Assembly (NCBI GenBank): GCA_045545935.1
Contig: JAZQBV010000005.1
Span: 160,112 to 224,111, forward strand
From: Ruminococcus sp.
GTDB taxonomy: Bacteria > Bacillota > Clostridia > Oscillospirales > Acutalibacteraceae
DNA length: 64,000 nucleotides
Direction: 5' to 3'
Position numbers and translations under genes: made by a program. Below the pieces are notes generated by a model, which was given only the letters and a program-made list of their open reading frames with translations, did no database searches and was not told where the DNA came from. Positions 19,264 through 30,099 of this stretch are shown here, in pieces. Position 1 is the first letter of the stretch. Each line of letters starts with the position of its first letter.

Positions 19264-21489
19264 ATGAAACACGATAATTGGAATGGTTTTAAGGGCACAC
19301 TCTGGCAAGAGGAGATTAATGTCCGTGATTTTATACAGAGCAATTATACCGAATACACAGGTGATGATACCTTCTTAGAATCAGCTACAGAGCGTACTAA
19401 GGATATTATGAGCAAGGTTGAGTCGCTTTTTACACTCGAGCGCCAGTATGGTGGTGTGCTCGATATCGATACATCTACCGTTTCATCGCTGACAAGCTAC
19501 TCACCCGGATATATTGACAAGGATAACGAGTTGATTGTCGGTATGCAGACTAATCGCCCATTAAAGCGTGGTGTAAACCCATTTGGTGGTATCCGTATGG
19601 CTCGTCAGGCGTGCAAGGCGTATGGTTATGAGCTCAGCGACAAGATAGAGGACGAGTTTCGTTATCGCACTACTCACAATGACGGTGTATTCAGAGCTTA
19701 TACGGACGAGATGCGTGCCGCAAGGAAATGTCACGTTATCACAGGTTTGCCTGATGCATACGGCAGAGGCCGTATTATCGGCGATTATCGCCGTGTAGCG
19801 TTGTATGGTGTTGACAGACTTATACAAGAGAAAAAGAAGGACAAATCTGCGCTGTCTTACGGCTCTCTCAGCGATGACGAGATTCGCCTGTACGAAGAGA
19901 TTTTCAAGCAGATCAGCTTTCTTGAATATATGAAAGAGATGGCACAGATGTATGGCTACGACATCAGTCAGCCGGCCAAGGATGCGAAGGAGGCTATCCA
20001 GTGGACTTACTTTGCTTATCTTGCTGCTATTAAGGAGCAAAACGGCGCTGCTATGTCACTTGGCAGAGTCAGCACTTTCTTTGATATTTACATCGAGCGT
20101 GATATTAAAGAAGGTGTGCTAAGTGAAGCACAGGCTCAGGAGCTTGTTGATGACTTTGTTATCAAACTTAGAATTGCCAGACACCTGCGTACACCTGAGT
20201 ATAACGAGCTCTTTGGCGGTGACCCTATGTGGATCACAGAGGCTTTGGGCGGTGTGTCAGAGGACGGCAGAAGTTTAGTCACAAAGTGCACCTACAGAAT
20301 GCTCAATACTCTGTATACCTTAGGCTCTTCGCCTGAGCCTAATCTGACTGTTCTGTGGTCAGAGGCTCTACCTGAGAACTTCAAGCGTTTCTGTGCCAAA
20401 GTGTCCAAGGATACCGACTCTATTCAGTACGAAAACGATGATGTTATGCGTCCTATCTATGGTGATGATTATGCCATAGCCTGCTGTGTATCTGCGATGA
20501 AACTCGGCAAACAGATGCAGTTCTTTGGCGCAAGATGCAACCTTGCAAAGCTCTTACTTATTGCAATAAACGGCGGTTATGACACCACAAGTAAGATGCA
20601 CATAGGACCACAGCTTGATGTGCTCGATAACTTAGATTATGACTTGGTACAGGAGCGTTTTGGTATCTATATTGAGTGGTTGTCTAACCTCTATGTAAAC
20701 ACTATGAATGTCATCCATTATATGCACGATAAGTATGCATACGAAAAGACTCAGATGGCGCTACACGATACTTCGGTAGAGCGTTTTATGGCATTTGGTA
20801 TAGCAGGTTTGTCTGTTGTTGCAGATTCGCTGAGTGCTATCAAGTACGCATCAGTATCACCAATAAAAGACTCAGACGGGTTTATAGTTGACTTTGATAC
20901 TGTAGGCGAGTTCCCAATGTACGGTAACGATGACGACAGAGTAGATCTTATCGCAAAAGACCTTGCGCACAAGGTTATTGTAGAACTCAGAAAGACTCCG
21001 ACTTATCGCAACGCTATCCATACTTTGTCAGTACTCACTATCACATCTAACGTTATGTATGGCAAGAACACAGGTGCAACTCCTGACGGCAGAGAAGCAG
21101 GTGCACCATTTGCACCCGGTGCTAACCCTATGCACAATCGTGAGCATAACGGTGCTCTGGCATCACTCAATTCAGTTGCCAAGATTTCCTACGATGATTG
21201 CCGTGACGGTATATCCAACACCTTCTCTATCACTCCTGATGCATTAGGCAGAAGCGATGAAGAGCGTGTGACAAACCTCGTATCTGTGCTTGACGGATAT
21301 TTCAAGAAAGGCGCACATCACATCAATGTAAACGTGCTCAACCGTGAGACTCTGATTAAAGCATACGAGGATCCATCAGCATATCCTAACCTGACTATCA
21401 GAGTATCAGGCTACGCTGTCAACTTCCACAAGCTCTCAAGAGAGCAGCAGCGTGAGGTTATCAGCCGTACCTTCCATATGGCATTATGA
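19264..21489 (+). CDS. pflB: Pyruvate formate-lyase (formate C-acetyltransferase)
   Basis: IACCVS active-site Cys pair and [10 protein letters not shown] glycyl-radical motif; AAGGAGG RBS before ATG 19264. Confidence 0.97.
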   Translation: MKHDNWNGFKGTLWQEEINVRDFIQSNYTEYTGDDTFLESATERTKDIMSKVESLFTLERQYGGVLDIDTSTVSSLTSYSPGYIDKDNELIVGMQTNRPLKRGVNPFGGIRMARQACKAYGYELSDKIEDEFRYRTTHNDGVFRAYTDEMRAARKCHVITGLPDAYGRGRIIGDYRRVALYGVDRLIQEKKKDKSALSYGSLSDDEIRLYEEIFKQISFLEYMKEMAQMYGYDISQPAKDAKEAIQWTYFAYLAAIKEQNGAAMSLGRVSTFFDIYIERDIKEGVLSEAQAQELVDDFVIKLRIARHLRTPEYNELFGGDPMWITEALGGVSEDGRSLVTKCTYRMLNTLYTLGSSPEPNLTVLWSEALPENFKRFCAKVSKDTDSIQYENDDVMRPIYGDDYAIACCVSAMKLGKQMQFFGARCNLAKLLLIAINGGYDTTSKMHIGPQLDVLDNLDYDLVQERFGIYIEWLSNLYVNTMNVIHYMHDKYAYEKTQMALHDTSVERFMAFGIAGLSVVADSLSAIKYASVSPIKDSDGFIVDFDTVGEFPMYGNDDDRVDLIAKDLAHKVIVELRKTPTYRNAIHTLSVLTITSNVMYGKNTGATPDGREAGAPFAPGANPMHNREHNGALASLNSVAKISYDDCRDGISNTFSITPDALGRSDEERVTNLVSVLDGYFKKGAHHINVNVLNRETLIKAYEDPSAYPNLTIRVSGYAVNFHKLSREQQREVISRTFHMAL

Positions 21490-22208
21490 GTAGAGAGATA
21501 ACAGGTCAGGTCCATTCTTTTATGAGTTTAGGCACTGTCGATGGACCCGGCGTGCGTTTTGTAGTTTTTATGCAGGGGTGTAACCTCAGGTGTAAGTGTT
21601 GTCATAACCCTGACACATGGGATATGAGTGGTGGCACTTTATATACTGCAGAAGATGTAGTTAATAAGGTGCTAAGATACAAAGAGTACTTTGGTACAAC
21701 GGGTGGTATCACCGTGTCTGGTGGTGAGCCGTTGTTGCAGGCTGAGTTTGTTGCAGAGGTTTTCTCTTTGTGTCATAAACACGGCATCAACACCTGCCTT
21801 GATACATCAGGTTGTATTCTCAGCGATAAGGTTAAGCTTTTACTCGAGGTTACCGATAGAGTTTTACTTGACATAAAGTACACAAACGATGAGCAGTATG
21901 TTGATAATGTCGGCTGTCATCTGTCGCCCGTGCTCGATTTTTTAGCCTATCTTGATGAGCACAATATCAGCACAACCATAAGACAGGTTATCATCCCGAC
22001 TGTAAATGATAGCGAGAGCTCTATACTCGCTTTAAATTTTATTGCAGACAGTCACAAATGTGTAGATGGGGTAGAGCTTTTGCCGTTTAAAAAACTGTGT
22101 CAGCACAAGTACGATTCCTTAGGCGTTGAGTTTCCTTTTGCTCACATCAACGAGCCCGACTCACAGCTTATGGATAGCTTGTATGGATTTATTAATAAAA
22201 CACAGTAA
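21486..22208 (+). CDS. pflA: Pyruvate formate-lyase activating enzyme
   Basis: [30 protein letters not shown] radical-SAM CxxxCxxC motif; overlaps the pflB stop. Confidence 0.96.
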   Translation: MSREITGQVHSFMSLGTVDGPGVRFVVFMQGCNLRCKCCHNPDTWDMSGGTLYTAEDVVNKVLRYKEYFGTTGGITVSGGEPLLQAEFVAEVFSLCHKHGINTCLDTSGCILSDKVKLLLEVTDRVLLDIKYTNDEQYVDNVGCHLSPVLDFLAYLDEHNISTTIRQVIIPTVNDSESSILALNFIADSHKCVDGVELLPFKKLCQHKYDSLGVEFPFAHINEPDSQLMDSLYGFINKTQ

Positions 22209-22234
22209 ATAACTCAAAAAACAATCATTATTAT

Positions 22235-22270
22235 AACAGCGGACTTGTGCTTTAAGTTCGCTGTTTTTTT
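22235..22270 (+). terminator. Intrinsic terminator after pflA
   Basis: AACAGCGGACTT/AAGTTCGCTGTT stem plus T-run. Confidence 0.85.
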
Positions 22271-22359
22271 GTGCATTTTTATTGATATTATAGATATTAT
22301 ATGATATAATAAAACTTAATTATGGGATAATAGGTATTTTTTCAGAGAGGAGCACGGCG

Positions 22360-22866
22360 ATGATAGTCTTAGGCATAGATCCCGGATATGCAATTATCGG
22401 CTGGGGAGTTATTGATTACAAGGGTAACACCTACCGTCCTATAGCCTTTGGAGCTATCACTACCGATGCCGGCACAGACTTTAACAGACGACTTGAGATT
22501 ATCTACGATGAGATGGTAGATATTCTGTCAAAATGCAAGCCTGACGCCTTAGCTATCGAGAAGCTGTACTTCACTACTAACGTAACTACCGCTATAGCAG
22601 TAGCTCAGGCGAGAGGAGTTATCCTCTTAGCAGCACAGAAGGCAGGAGTCAAGGTCTATGAGTATACACCGCTTCAGGTCAAGACCGCTGTCACAGGCTA
22701 CGGCAAGGCTAAGAAACCGCAGGTTATGGAGATGACTCGCAGGCTCCTGCATTTAAAGAATGTCCCTAAACCTGACGATACAGCAGATGCGCTCGCTATT
22801 GCGATTTGTCACACCCATGCGGCAGGCTCACCACTTCGACAGATTTTGATAGATAAAGGAAGATGA
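22360..22866 (+). CDS. ruvC: Holliday junction resolvase
   Basis: LGIDPG, AIEKLYF and DDTADALAIA motifs. Confidence 0.97.
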   Translation: MIVLGIDPGYAIIGWGVIDYKGNTYRPIAFGAITTDAGTDFNRRLEIIYDEMVDILSKCKPDALAIEKLYFTTNVTTAIAVAQARGVILLAAQKAGVKVYEYTPLQVKTAVTGYGKAKKPQVMEMTRRLLHLKNVPKPDDTADALAIAICHTHAAGSPLRQILIDKGR

Positions 22867-22870
22867 CATT

Positions 22871-23464
22871 ATGATATATTCAGTCAAAGGTACACTTATC
22901 CACAATGAGTTAGGCTTTGCAGTTGTAGAGTGTGGTGGCATCGGGTACAAAGTTCAGACTACCGTTACTACCCAGAGAGAGCTCAAACTCAACTCTACTG
23001 TCACGCTTTTTACTCATATGAACGTCAGAGAAGATGCAGTTGAGCTCTTCGGCTTTTACTCACGAGCTGAGCTTTCTTCGTTTAAGATGCTCATATCTAT
23101 TTCTGGTGTAGGACCAAAGGTAGCTCTTGCTATATTGTCAGAGTTATCTACAGAGCAGATAGCACTTGCTGTGTCAGCAGGTGACTATAAGACTCTGACC
23201 CGTGCATCAGGAGTAGGACCTAAACTTGCTCAGCGAATCGTCCTTGAGCTCAAAGATAAGATCAAGGGCATATCAACCCAAGGGGCAGAGGGTGTAGTAA
23301 CTCAGGGCAGTGTGATTGTCGATACAGGTAACATCCCCAAGGCTGTACAGGCGTTGGCTGTGCTTGGCTACAGTGCGGCAGATGTCACTCCTGTGCTTTC
23401 TCGTCTTGACAGTTCTTTATCTGTAGAAGAGCTTATTTCTGCAACACTCAGACAGATGGGCTGA
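22871..23464 (+). CDS. ruvA: Holliday junction DNA-binding subunit
   Basis: GGIGYKV, ISGVGPK and GVGPKLAQRIVLELKDK motifs. Confidence 0.97.
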   Translation: MIYSVKGTLIHNELGFAVVECGGIGYKVQTTVTTQRELKLNSTVTLFTHMNVREDAVELFGFYSRAELSSFKMLISISGVGPKVALAILSELSTEQIALAVSAGDYKTLTRASGVGPKLAQRIVLELKDKIKGISTQGAEGVVTQGSVIVDTGNIPKAVQALAVLGYSAADVTPVLSRLDSSLSVEELISATLRQMG

Positions 23465-23503
23465 TAGGTTGTTTTTTCACTTTCTTACGAGAGGATTTTA
23501 TAT

Positions 23504-24571
23504 ATGGAATTTAATGATTTTGAAATGGATTTCGAGGATCGCTTGGTTGATACCTCAGAGATTCCTGCCGATGCACTCGAGGGCGATAACCCGTTAAGAC
23601 CAAAGACCTTGTCTGAGTATGTCGGTCAGGATAAGGCTAAGGAAAACCTGAAGGTTTTTATCGAAGCTGCAAAAAACAGAAAAGAAGCACTCGACCACGT
23701 TTTGCTTTATGGCCCACCGGGACTTGGTAAGACCACTCTTGCAGGTATTATTGCTAACGAATTAGGTGTCAATATCCGCATCACTTCAGGTCCTGCTATC
23801 GAGAAACCCGGCGATTTGGCAGCCTTGCTTACTAACTTGAATCCCGGCGATGTGCTTTTTATAGATGAGATTCATCGCTTGTCCCGTGCGGTTGAGGAGA
23901 TTTTGTATCCGTCTATGGAGGACTTTGCTATTGATATCATTACAGGCAAAGGTCAGATGGCGGCATCCTACCACTTGCCACTGCCAAAGTTTACTTTGGT
24001 TGGTGCAACTACCCGTGCCGGACAGCTCACAGCACCTCTTCGAGACAGATTCGGTGTTATATTAAGACTTGAGATGTACACCCCACGTGAGCTTGCAGAT
24101 ATTATCAAGCGTAGCGCAGGCATACTCGATATAGCTATCGATGATGACGGTGCACTCGAGCTTGCATCTCGTAGCCGAGGCACACCTCGTATAGCAAACA
24201 GACTCTTAAAACGAGTCAGAGATTTCTCAGAGGTTATGTCTGATGGTGTGATTACGTGCGATGTAGCACGCACAGCACTCGACAGACTCGAGATAGACGA
24301 GCTTGGTCTTGACCAAAACGACAGACGAATGCTCGATACTATGATCAAGTACTATCGTGGTGGTCCTGTAGGACTCGAGACCTTAGCTGCTGCTATTGGC
24401 GAGGAGGCAGTTACTATAGAGGATGTCTACGAGCCGTATCTTATGCAGATAGGATTTTTGAGCCGCACACCTCGTGGCAGATGTGTCACAGCAGCCGCAT
24501 ACGAGCACTTGGGCTACGATGTTCCATCAGCCACAGTTTCTGCTCAGGGCAGTCTATTTGATAATCAGTAA
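23504..24571 (+). CDS. ruvB: Holliday junction branch-migration helicase
   Basis: [29 protein letters not shown] and [12 protein letters not shown] motifs. Confidence 0.98.
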   Translation: MEFNDFEMDFEDRLVDTSEIPADALEGDNPLRPKTLSEYVGQDKAKENLKVFIEAAKNRKEALDHVLLYGPPGLGKTTLAGIIANELGVNIRITSGPAIEKPGDLAALLTNLNPGDVLFIDEIHRLSRAVEEILYPSMEDFAIDIITGKGQMAASYHLPLPKFTLVGATTRAGQLTAPLRDRFGVILRLEMYTPRELADIIKRSAGILDIAIDDDGALELASRSRGTPRIANRLLKRVRDFSEVMSDGVITCDVARTALDRLEIDELGLDQNDRRMLDTMIKYYRGGPVGLETLAAAIGEEAVTIEDVYEPYLMQIGFLSRTPRGRCVTAAAYEHLGYDVPSATVSAQGSLFDNQ

Positions 24572-24605
24572 ACAATTAGTCAATATAAATTAAAGGAGAA
24601 TTATT

Positions 24606-25955
24606 ATGGGAAGATTATTTGGTACAGACGGCGCCAGAGGCGTTGCAAATACAGAACTTACTTGTGAGCTCGCTATGAACATAGGCAAAGCTGCAGCTAT
24701 GGTGCTTATCAGCGATGAAGTAGAGCAGCCTACATTTTTGATTGGTAAGGACACACGACTCTCAGGCGATATGCTCGAGGGTGCGCTTATTGCAGGTCTG
24801 TGCTCAGTAGGCGCAAATGTCAAGCTTTTAGGTGTTGTACCTACTCCTGCAGTTGCTTATCTTGTAGGCAAGTATGGCGCAGATGCAGGTATTATGATTT
24901 CTGCATCTCACAACCCTTATGAATTCAACGGCATCAAGATTTTCAGCGGTGAGGGCTACAAGCTTCCTGACGATTTAGAGGAGAGTATCGAGAGCATCAT
25001 TCTTGATAACACAAAGCCTTACGCTATGCCTGACCATAACCACATCGGTACAGTAGAGGTTATCGATAACGCTGCTGATGACTATATTGACCACGTTGTA
25101 TCTACTATAGACTATGACCTTAAGGGTATGAATATAGCACTCGATTGCTCCAACGGTTCAGCTTCTCGTACAGCAGAGAAATTGTTTACCCGCTTAGGTG
25201 CTAATGTTCATATGCTGTTCGATAAGCCTGACGGTATCAATATTAACACCAACTGCGGTTCTACTCATATGGAGACTTTGATGCAGTATGTAAAGGACAA
25301 CAAGCTTGACGCAGGTCTTGCCTTCGACGGTGATGCAGATAGATGCTTAGCTGTTGATAACAACGGCGATTTAGTAGACGGCGACTACATCATAGCTATT
25401 TGTGCTGCCGACCTGAAGAGTCAGGGCAAATTAAAGAAAAATGCAGTTGTAGGCACTATTATGACTAATATGGGCTTTAACAGATTCTGCGAGGACAACG
25501 GTATGAACTTCATCTCTACTGCTGTAGGTGACAGATATGTCCTCGAGGCAATGCTCAGAGAAGGCTACAACATCGGTGGCGAGCAGTCAGGTCACGTTAT
25601 CTATCTTGACTATGCAACTACAGGTGACGGACAGCTCACAGGTGCACATCTTCTGAGCCTTATCAACAGAAGAAACGCCAAGCTCTCATCTATCGCTACC
25701 CTTATGCAGAGATATCCACAGATTCTCGTTAATGTCAAGATTACTAACGAGGGCAAGGTCAGATTCTATACTGACAAGGAAATCAAAGCTAATATGAAGC
25801 GTATCACAGAGCTACTCGGCAACCGTGGTCGTATCGTAGTGCGTGTATCAGGCACTGAGCCACTCGTGCGTGTAATGCTCGAGGGCGAGGATTACGCAGA
25901 AATCGAGAAGTTAGCACACGAGATGGCAGACATCATCAAGGAGAGACTTTCATAA
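24606..25955 (+). CDS. glmM: Phosphoglucosamine mutase
   Basis: LFGTDG, ISASHNP, DGDADR and GGEQSGH motifs. Confidence 0.97.
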   Translation: MGRLFGTDGARGVANTELTCELAMNIGKAAAMVLISDEVEQPTFLIGKDTRLSGDMLEGALIAGLCSVGANVKLLGVVPTPAVAYLVGKYGADAGIMISASHNPYEFNGIKIFSGEGYKLPDDLEESIESIILDNTKPYAMPDHNHIGTVEVIDNAADDYIDHVVSTIDYDLKGMNIALDCSNGSASRTAEKLFTRLGANVHMLFDKPDGININTNCGSTHMETLMQYVKDNKLDAGLAFDGDADRCLAVDNNGDLVDGDYIIAICAADLKSQGKLKKNAVVGTIMTNMGFNRFCEDNGMNFISTAVGDRYVLEAMLREGYNIGGEQSGHVIYLDYATTGDGQLTGAHLLSLINRRNAKLSSIATLMQRYPQILVNVKITNEGKVRFYTDKEIKANMKRITELLGNRGRIVVRVSGTEPLVRVMLEGEDYAEIEKLAHEMADIIKERLS

Positions 25956-26818
25956 TGCGAGTATCTGATAGCTGGGTTGATTACGAGCTTATAGATGCAA
26001 GTAGTGGCGAGCGACTTGAGCGCTGGGGAGATATCATCCTCATTCGTCCCGACCCACAGATTATATGGAATACAAAGCGTACCAACCCGCTGTGGAGACA
26101 GGCACACGCCAAGTATCATCGCTCTAACTCAGGCGGTGGACAATGGCAGGTCTTCAAGAAGATTCCACAGCAGTGGTCGCTAAAATACAGAGACCTTACA
26201 TTTAACGTCAAGCCTATGGGGTTCAAGCACACAGGTATCTTTCCTGAGCAGGCTGTCAATTGGGATTTTGCATCGGATATCATCCGCAACGCAGACAGAC
26301 AGCTCAATGTGCTCAACCTCTTTGGTTACACAGGCTGTGCTACCTTGGCTTGTCTTAATGCAGGTGCCAAGGTTTGCCACGTTGATGCCTCAAAAGGTAT
26401 GGTACAGTGGGCTAAGGAGAACTGTGCATCCTCTAATCTTTCTGACAGACCTGTTAGATGGCTTGTTGATGATTGTATGAAGTTTGTAGCTCGTGAACAG
26501 CGCAGAGGCAACACATATGACGGCATTATTATGGACCCTCCGTCTTACGGTCGTGGACCTGGCGGTGAGGTGTGGAAGTTAGAGGAACAGCTTTATTCTT
26601 TTTTAGAATTATGTTTGCCTATACTTTCCGAAGATGCCCGTTTCTTTATTCTTAATTCTTATACTACAGGACTACCTGCTTCTGTTATGGAGTATATGTT
26701 GTCCGTTACTATTGCACGCAGATTTGGCGGCAAGGTCACATCCTCAGAGATTGGCTTGCCTGTCACAGATTCTAATTTGATTTTACCGTGCGGAAGCACA
26801 GCAATCTGGACTAAATAA
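25955..26818 (+). CDS. Class I SAM-dependent methyltransferase (RlmI/RlmK-like catalytic domain)
   Basis: VLNLFGYTG, HVDASK and IMDPPSYG motifs. Confidence 0.85.
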   Translation: MRVSDSWVDYELIDASSGERLERWGDIILIRPDPQIIWNTKRTNPLWRQAHAKYHRSNSGGGQWQVFKKIPQQWSLKYRDLTFNVKPMGFKHTGIFPEQAVNWDFASDIIRNADRQLNVLNLFGYTGCATLACLNAGAKVCHVDASKGMVQWAKENCASSNLSDRPVRWLVDDCMKFVAREQRRGNTYDGIIMDPPSYGRGPGGEVWKLEEQLYSFLELCLPILSEDARFFILNSYTTGLPASVMEYMLSVTIARRFGGKVTSSEIGLPVTDSNLILPCGSTAIWTK

Positions 26819-26830
26819 TCAGGTAATTTT

Positions 26831-27679
26831 ATGGAGTTTATCACAGCACAAAATTTAACATTTAGTTATGATAGTGAAGAACAATCGAATATTTCTGACA
26901 GAGAAGTCCTGTCTGATGTCTCTTTTAGTATCAGAGAGGGCGAGTTTGTCGCTTTGCTTGGTCACAACGGCTGTGGTAAATCTACTGTTGCCAAACACCT
27001 AAACGCTATGCTCTTGCCATGTGGTGGCAAGGTCTATGTAGACTCTGTAGACACAGCAGATGACGGCGAAGATTTTCTTGTCAGACGCAATGTAGGTCTT
27101 GTGCTTCAGAATCCCGACAACCAGCTTGTTGCAAGTATTGTCGAGGAGGATGTCGCTTTTGGCCCAGAGAATTTAGGCGTTGAGCCGTCTGAAATTCGTA
27201 CTCGTGTCGATAATGCACTCAAGGCTGTCGATATGTACGAGTACAGACACAAGCCACCGCACAAACTCTCAGGCGGACAGAAACAGCGTGTTGCTATAGC
27301 AGGCATCATAGCTATGCAGCCTAAGTGCATCGTTCTTGATGAGCCTACCGCTATGCTCGACCCAAAGGGCAGAGAAGAGGTTATGCACACTATCAAGAAG
27401 CTGAACAAAGACAAGGGCATCACCGTTGTACTTATTACTCATTATATGGACGAGGCTGTTGATGCTGACAGAGTCATCGTTATGGATGACGGCAAGGTCT
27501 TGACAGAGGGCACACCATACGAAGTATTCTCTCAGGTTGAGCTCTTAAAGCGTCACAGACTCGATGTGCCACAGGTCACAGAGCTTTTTTACAAGCTTCG
27601 TGCTTGCGGTGTTGATATAAAAGAACTTTGTCTGCATTCAGACGAATGTGTAGACAAGCTACTGGAGGTGCTTTCATGA
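26831..27679 (+). CDS. ecfA1: ECF transporter ATPase A1
   Basis: [27 protein letters not shown] and LDEPT motifs. Confidence 0.95.
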   Translation: MEFITAQNLTFSYDSEEQSNISDREVLSDVSFSIREGEFVALLGHNGCGKSTVAKHLNAMLLPCGGKVYVDSVDTADDGEDFLVRRNVGLVLQNPDNQLVASIVEEDVAFGPENLGVEPSEIRTRVDNALKAVDMYEYRHKPPHKLSGGQKQRVAIAGIIAMQPKCIVLDEPTAMLDPKGREEVMHTIKKLNKDKGITVVLITHYMDEAVDADRVIVMDDGKVLTEGTPYEVFSQVELLKRHRLDVPQVTELFYKLRACGVDIKELCLHSDECVDKLLEVLS

Positions 27680-28539
27680 GCTTACTGAAGGTAGAAAATT
27701 TATCCTGCATTTATTCAAAGTTCACTCCGTTTGAGCAACACGCAGTCAAAGATGTAACATTTGAGATACAGCAGGGCGATTTTGTCGGACTTATCGGCCA
27801 CACAGGTAGTGGCAAATCTACTCTTGTGCAGATGCTCAACGGACTCATAAAGCCAACCTCAGGCGCAGTTTACATTGACTCAGAGGATATCTGGTCAAAG
27901 CCTAAAGAGATACGAAAACTCAGATTCAAAGTAGGTCTTGTTTTTCAGTATCCTGAGTATCAGTTGTTTGAAGAAACCGTATACAAAGACATTGCTTTTG
28001 GCCCTACAAATATGGGGCTTTCTCAGCAAGAGATTAATAGCAGAGTTCTTAGTGCCGCAAAATTTGTAGGTCTGTCACAAGAGCTCTTGTACAAGTCTCC
28101 GTTTGACCTGTCCGGTGGCGAAAAACGCAGATGTGCTATAGCAGGCGTTATCGCTATGGACCCCGATATTCTGATTCTTGACGAACCTACAGCAGGTCTT
28201 GATCCTGTTGGCAGAAATGTCTTGCTATCACAGATTTCTCAGTATCAGAAGCAGCGAAACAATACCGTTATCCTCGTGTCACATTCTATGGAGGATGTTG
28301 CCAGAGTGACAAACAAGGTACTTGTTATGAACAAAGGCGAGGTTGTTATGTATGACGATACCGCCACAGTGTTTGCACATTCTGATATGTTGACAGATAT
28401 AGGACTGCGAGTACCGCAGATAACCAAGGTCACAGAAGCCTTGCGCAAACAAGGCATAAACCTCTCTGCAGGTATTCTCACAGTAGACAAAGCTGTAGAA
28501 GAGATTACTGAACTTCTCAAGAAGGAGGGCAGACTCTGA
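27676..28539 (+). CDS. ecfA2: ECF transporter ATPase A2
   Basis: [17 protein letters not shown] and LSGGEKRR motifs; GGAGG RBS before ATG 27676. Confidence 0.95.
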   Translation: MSLLKVENLSCIYSKFTPFEQHAVKDVTFEIQQGDFVGLIGHTGSGKSTLVQMLNGLIKPTSGAVYIDSEDIWSKPKEIRKLRFKVGLVFQYPEYQLFEETVYKDIAFGPTNMGLSQQEINSRVLSAAKFVGLSQELLYKSPFDLSGGEKRRCAIAGVIAMDPDILILDEPTAGLDPVGRNVLLSQISQYQKQRNNTVILVSHSMEDVARVTNKVLVMNKGEVVMYDDTATVFAHSDMLTDIGLRVPQITKVTEALRKQGINLSAGILTVDKAVEEITELLKKEGRL

Positions 28540-29351
28540 TGCGTGATGTAGCTTTCGGACAGTATTATCCCTCAAACGGTGTCTTGCATAGACTTGACCC
28601 CAGAGCGAAGATACTGATTATGATTATTATGTTGGTGCTTACCTTTTGCACCCTCAATTATTTTTCACTATTACTATTGATTTTATCGGTATTTGCTATA
28701 GTCTTGCTTAGCAAAGTACCTGTCAGAATGTATTTCAAGAGCCTTAAGATGATTATTTTTATCATCATACTCACATCGCTTTTAAACCTGTTTTACGGCA
28801 CAGGTGAGCCTGTGTTTGAGTGGGGCTTTATAAGTATTACCTTAGCAGGTATCAATAATGCTGTGTTTATTGCAGTTCGAATTATCTGTCTTATACTCAT
28901 CAGCTCGGCACTCACATTCACCACTTCGCCGACAGATTTGACAGACGCACTCGAACGCCTGATGAAACCTCTGTCTGTTTTTCACATCAAGGTTCACGAG
29001 ATAGCTATGATGATGACCATAGCGCTTAGATTCGTACCTTTACTGCTCGAAGAAACAGACAAGATTATGTCAGCGCAGAAGGCGCGTGGTGCTGATATGG
29101 AGTCAGGCAACCTCGCACAGCGTATCAGAGCTCTCATTCCTGTGCTTATACCGCTGTTTGTGTCTGCTTTCAGACGTGCCTACGATTTGGCTGTTGCTAT
29201 GGAGTGTAGATGCTACCGTGGCGGAGAGGGCAGAACAAGAATGAAGCGCCTGACGTTTTGCAGACGTGATTATATCAGTTTTGTTTTAGTAATTTTACTT
29301 GTTGTAGGAGTTATCTTATGCAATGTGCTTCTGCCTCACACAGTGAGATGA
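28539..29351 (+). CDS. ecfT: ECF transporter transmembrane component T
   Basis: LDPRAK, ALRFVP, QKARG and AMECRCY motifs. Confidence 0.95.
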   Translation: MRDVAFGQYYPSNGVLHRLDPRAKILIMIIMLVLTFCTLNYFSLLLLILSVFAIVLLSKVPVRMYFKSLKMIIFIIILTSLLNLFYGTGEPVFEWGFISITLAGINNAVFIAVRIICLILISSALTFTTSPTDLTDALERLMKPLSVFHIKVHEIAMMMTIALRFVPLLLEETDKIMSAQKARGADMESGNLAQRIRALIPVLIPLFVSAFRRAYDLAVAMECRCYRGGEGRTRMKRLTFCRRDYISFVLVILLVVGVILCNVLLPHTVR

Positions 29352-30085
29352 GAAACCTCAAAATTACAATTTCATATGATGGCAAGGACCTCCACGGCTG
29401 GCAGATTCAGAAGAATGCGATTACTGTTCAACAGCATTTTCAGCAGGCGTTAGCCTCTGTTATCGGTGATGTTCCCGATATCAAGGGATGCAGTCGTACC
29501 GACACAGGTGTGCATGCAAATAAGTATGTTATCAGTATGAAGCTGAGTCACAGCATTACTGCCCAGAGACTCAAAGCTGCACTTAATCGTTTTTTGCCAA
29601 AGAATATAGTCGTGCTCGATATCAAAGAGGTAGATATGGATTTTCATGCTCGATATTCCTGCAAGGGCAAGCGTTATGTCTACAAAATTCTCAATTCCGA
29701 AGTCAGAGACCCTTTTTCAGAGGGTTATGCTATGCACTATAGATACGATATCGATGTACCTATGCTTAATAAGGCAGCACAAGCTTATGTAGGCACACAC
29801 GATTTCACATCTTTTTGCACACTTGATAAGCGAGACAGGGGAGACTTTACCCGTACTGTAGAGAGCTTTGAGGTTAGACGTGACGGCAAGTTTATATATA
29901 TGACCGTACAGGCTGACGGCTTTCTGTATAATATGGTGCGCATAATGGTTGGCACCTTGCTGAAAATTCAGCAGGGCAAGCTACAGCCTGACAGTATCCC
30001 TTATATTTTAGAACAAAAAGACCGCAAATTCGCAGGACCTACGGCACCTGCGTGCGGATTGTATCTTGATGAAGTTTTTTATTAA
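29348..30085 (+). CDS. truA: tRNA pseudouridine(38-40) synthase
   Basis: SYDG...GWQ, SRTDTGVHA, FHARYS and GFLYNMVRI motifs. Confidence 0.96.
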   Translation: MRNLKITISYDGKDLHGWQIQKNAITVQQHFQQALASVIGDVPDIKGCSRTDTGVHANKYVISMKLSHSITAQRLKAALNRFLPKNIVVLDIKEVDMDFHARYSCKGKRYVYKILNSEVRDPFSEGYAMHYRYDIDVPMLNKAAQAYVGTHDFTSFCTLDKRDRGDFTRTVESFEVRRDGKFIYMTVQADGFLYNMVRIMVGTLLKIQQGKLQPDSIPYILEQKDRKFAGPTAPACGLYLDEVFY

Positions 30086-30099
30086 TTAACAGGTGAGTT

